Origin: Methanobacteriota archaeon
GTDB lineage: Archaea; Altiarchaeota; Altiarchaeia; IMC4; SCGC-AAA252-I15
Assembly: GCA_043823295.1 (NCBI GenBank)
Contig: JBDRAY010000099.1
Span: 1-41,846, forward strand
Reading direction: 5' to 3'
Length of the DNA: 41,846 nt
In this document: piece by piece, positions 41,250 to 41,846 of the stretch
Layout: each line of letters starts with the position of its first letter
How positions within the stretch are numbered: position 1 is the first letter of the stretch
The notes under the pieces: model-generated
Database searches by the model: none
What the model was told of the DNA's origin: nothing
What the model saw: the letters and a program-made list of their open reading frames with translations, nothing else
Position numbers and translations under genes: made by a program

Positions 41250-41846
41250 TCAGTAACCTGAACGCTTCGACCGAATCTCAATCTCGAGCAGTTGGCGCTG
41301 GTAATCCAAAACAGTTTTTGATAAGCCACCCTCATCCAATTCACCTTTATGGTAGCTGTTTAAAGCAGAATCAATCAAACCCTTAATCCTATTTCTCTCG
41401 TCCAAACCATAGGAATCAGTTCCCAAACCCCAATTCATACTGCCATATCCCTTATAAGAGTCAAAACCCACGCCCCCCGGTTTAACCCAATCATGAGTGG
41501 AAATCCTGTCAGTATGAGCCTGCCTTAAAAGAGAGATCTCCCTTTGTTTAAGCTTCCTCTGCCTTTTAACCTTTTCCTCAAGCTCCTTCCGCCTAAGCAT
41601 CTTCTCCCTTCCAGCAAGCTCCATCCTCTTCCTCTCCTTGAGCTCGCCCTCCACACCCTTGAGTGAATCCGCCTTCGACTTAAGCTTACCTTCTAAAGCA
41701 TCCTTTTCAAGGTCTTTCGACGACTGGGCGTGAGGTTTCTCCCTCCTCTGCCTGTCGAACATCAAGTCGAAGAATCTTTTCGCTGATTTCTCCCTCTTCT
41801 CGACTTGCTTGAAAGCAATCCAAATTACCACACACACAATCAAGAC
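41250..41846 (-). CDS. Membrane-anchored Lys/Glu-rich coiled-coil protein (5' end probably beyond the window)
   Basis: The frame is open to the window edge, and the tracked start at 41843 is TTG. A TM segment (IVCVVIWIAF) is followed by a long charged helix (KERKRMELAGREKMLRRKELEEKVKRQRKLKQRE). Confidence 0.45.
   Translation of the reverse strand, partial: VLIVCVVIWIAFKQVEKREKSAKRFFDLMFDRQRREKPHAQSSKDLEKDALEGKLKSKADSLKGVEGELKERKRMELAGREKMLRRKELEEKVKRQRKLKQREISLLRQAHTDRISTHDWVKPGGVGFDSYKGYGSMNWGLGTDSYGLDERNRIKGLIDSALNSYHKGELDEGGLSKTVLDYQRQLLEIEIRSKRSGY

Noticed and set aside
1-41846. CRISPR arrays, rRNA genes, IS elements and long inverted repeats.
   Set aside because: Reading both strands revealed no regularly spaced direct repeats, rRNA-like conserved blocks or transposase-like ORFs. 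A computational repeat scan would still be needed to exclude short or degenerate elements.

Overview
Archaeal chromosomal window. The left edge carries A/V-type ATP synthase genes (atpA', atpB, atpD). The right side carries the C-terminal half of PheRS beta, aRF1 (NIKS and GGQ motifs) and GT-C glycosyltransferases. Between about 4.5 and 35.2 kb is a roughly 30 kb, tightly packed, almost entirely minus-strand locus. I read it as a type-IV-secretion / conjugative-pilus-like machine, similar in gene content to the archaeal Ced/Ted systems. It contains: (1) a VirB4-family ATPase (Walker A and B read directly) with an extra C-terminal domain; (2) a PrgI/VirB3-like membrane protein; (3) two paralogous VirB6/TrbL-like polytopic proteins, one extended to 1654 aa with an HExxH motif; (4) five copies of a VirB2/TrbC-like two-helix pilin module, three as short secreted pilins and two embedded in large extracellular proteins; (5) a 3918-aa membrane-anchored surface protein combining a subtilase, a 7-blade propeller, glycosidase-like, CBM, beta-helix and LamG modules. 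No relaxase, VirD4-type coupling ATPase, integrase, transposase, tRNA, rRNA or CRISPR array is visible. The locus therefore does not look like a standard integrative conjugative element. My inference is that it is a cell-contact or transfer apparatus, possibly of a small-genome (DPANN-like) archaeon. The left border shows gene decay (a TPR remnant and a frameshifted methyltransferase). The PheRS beta gene exists only as a C-terminal half. All family assignments come from motif reading of the supplied translations. No database search was run.
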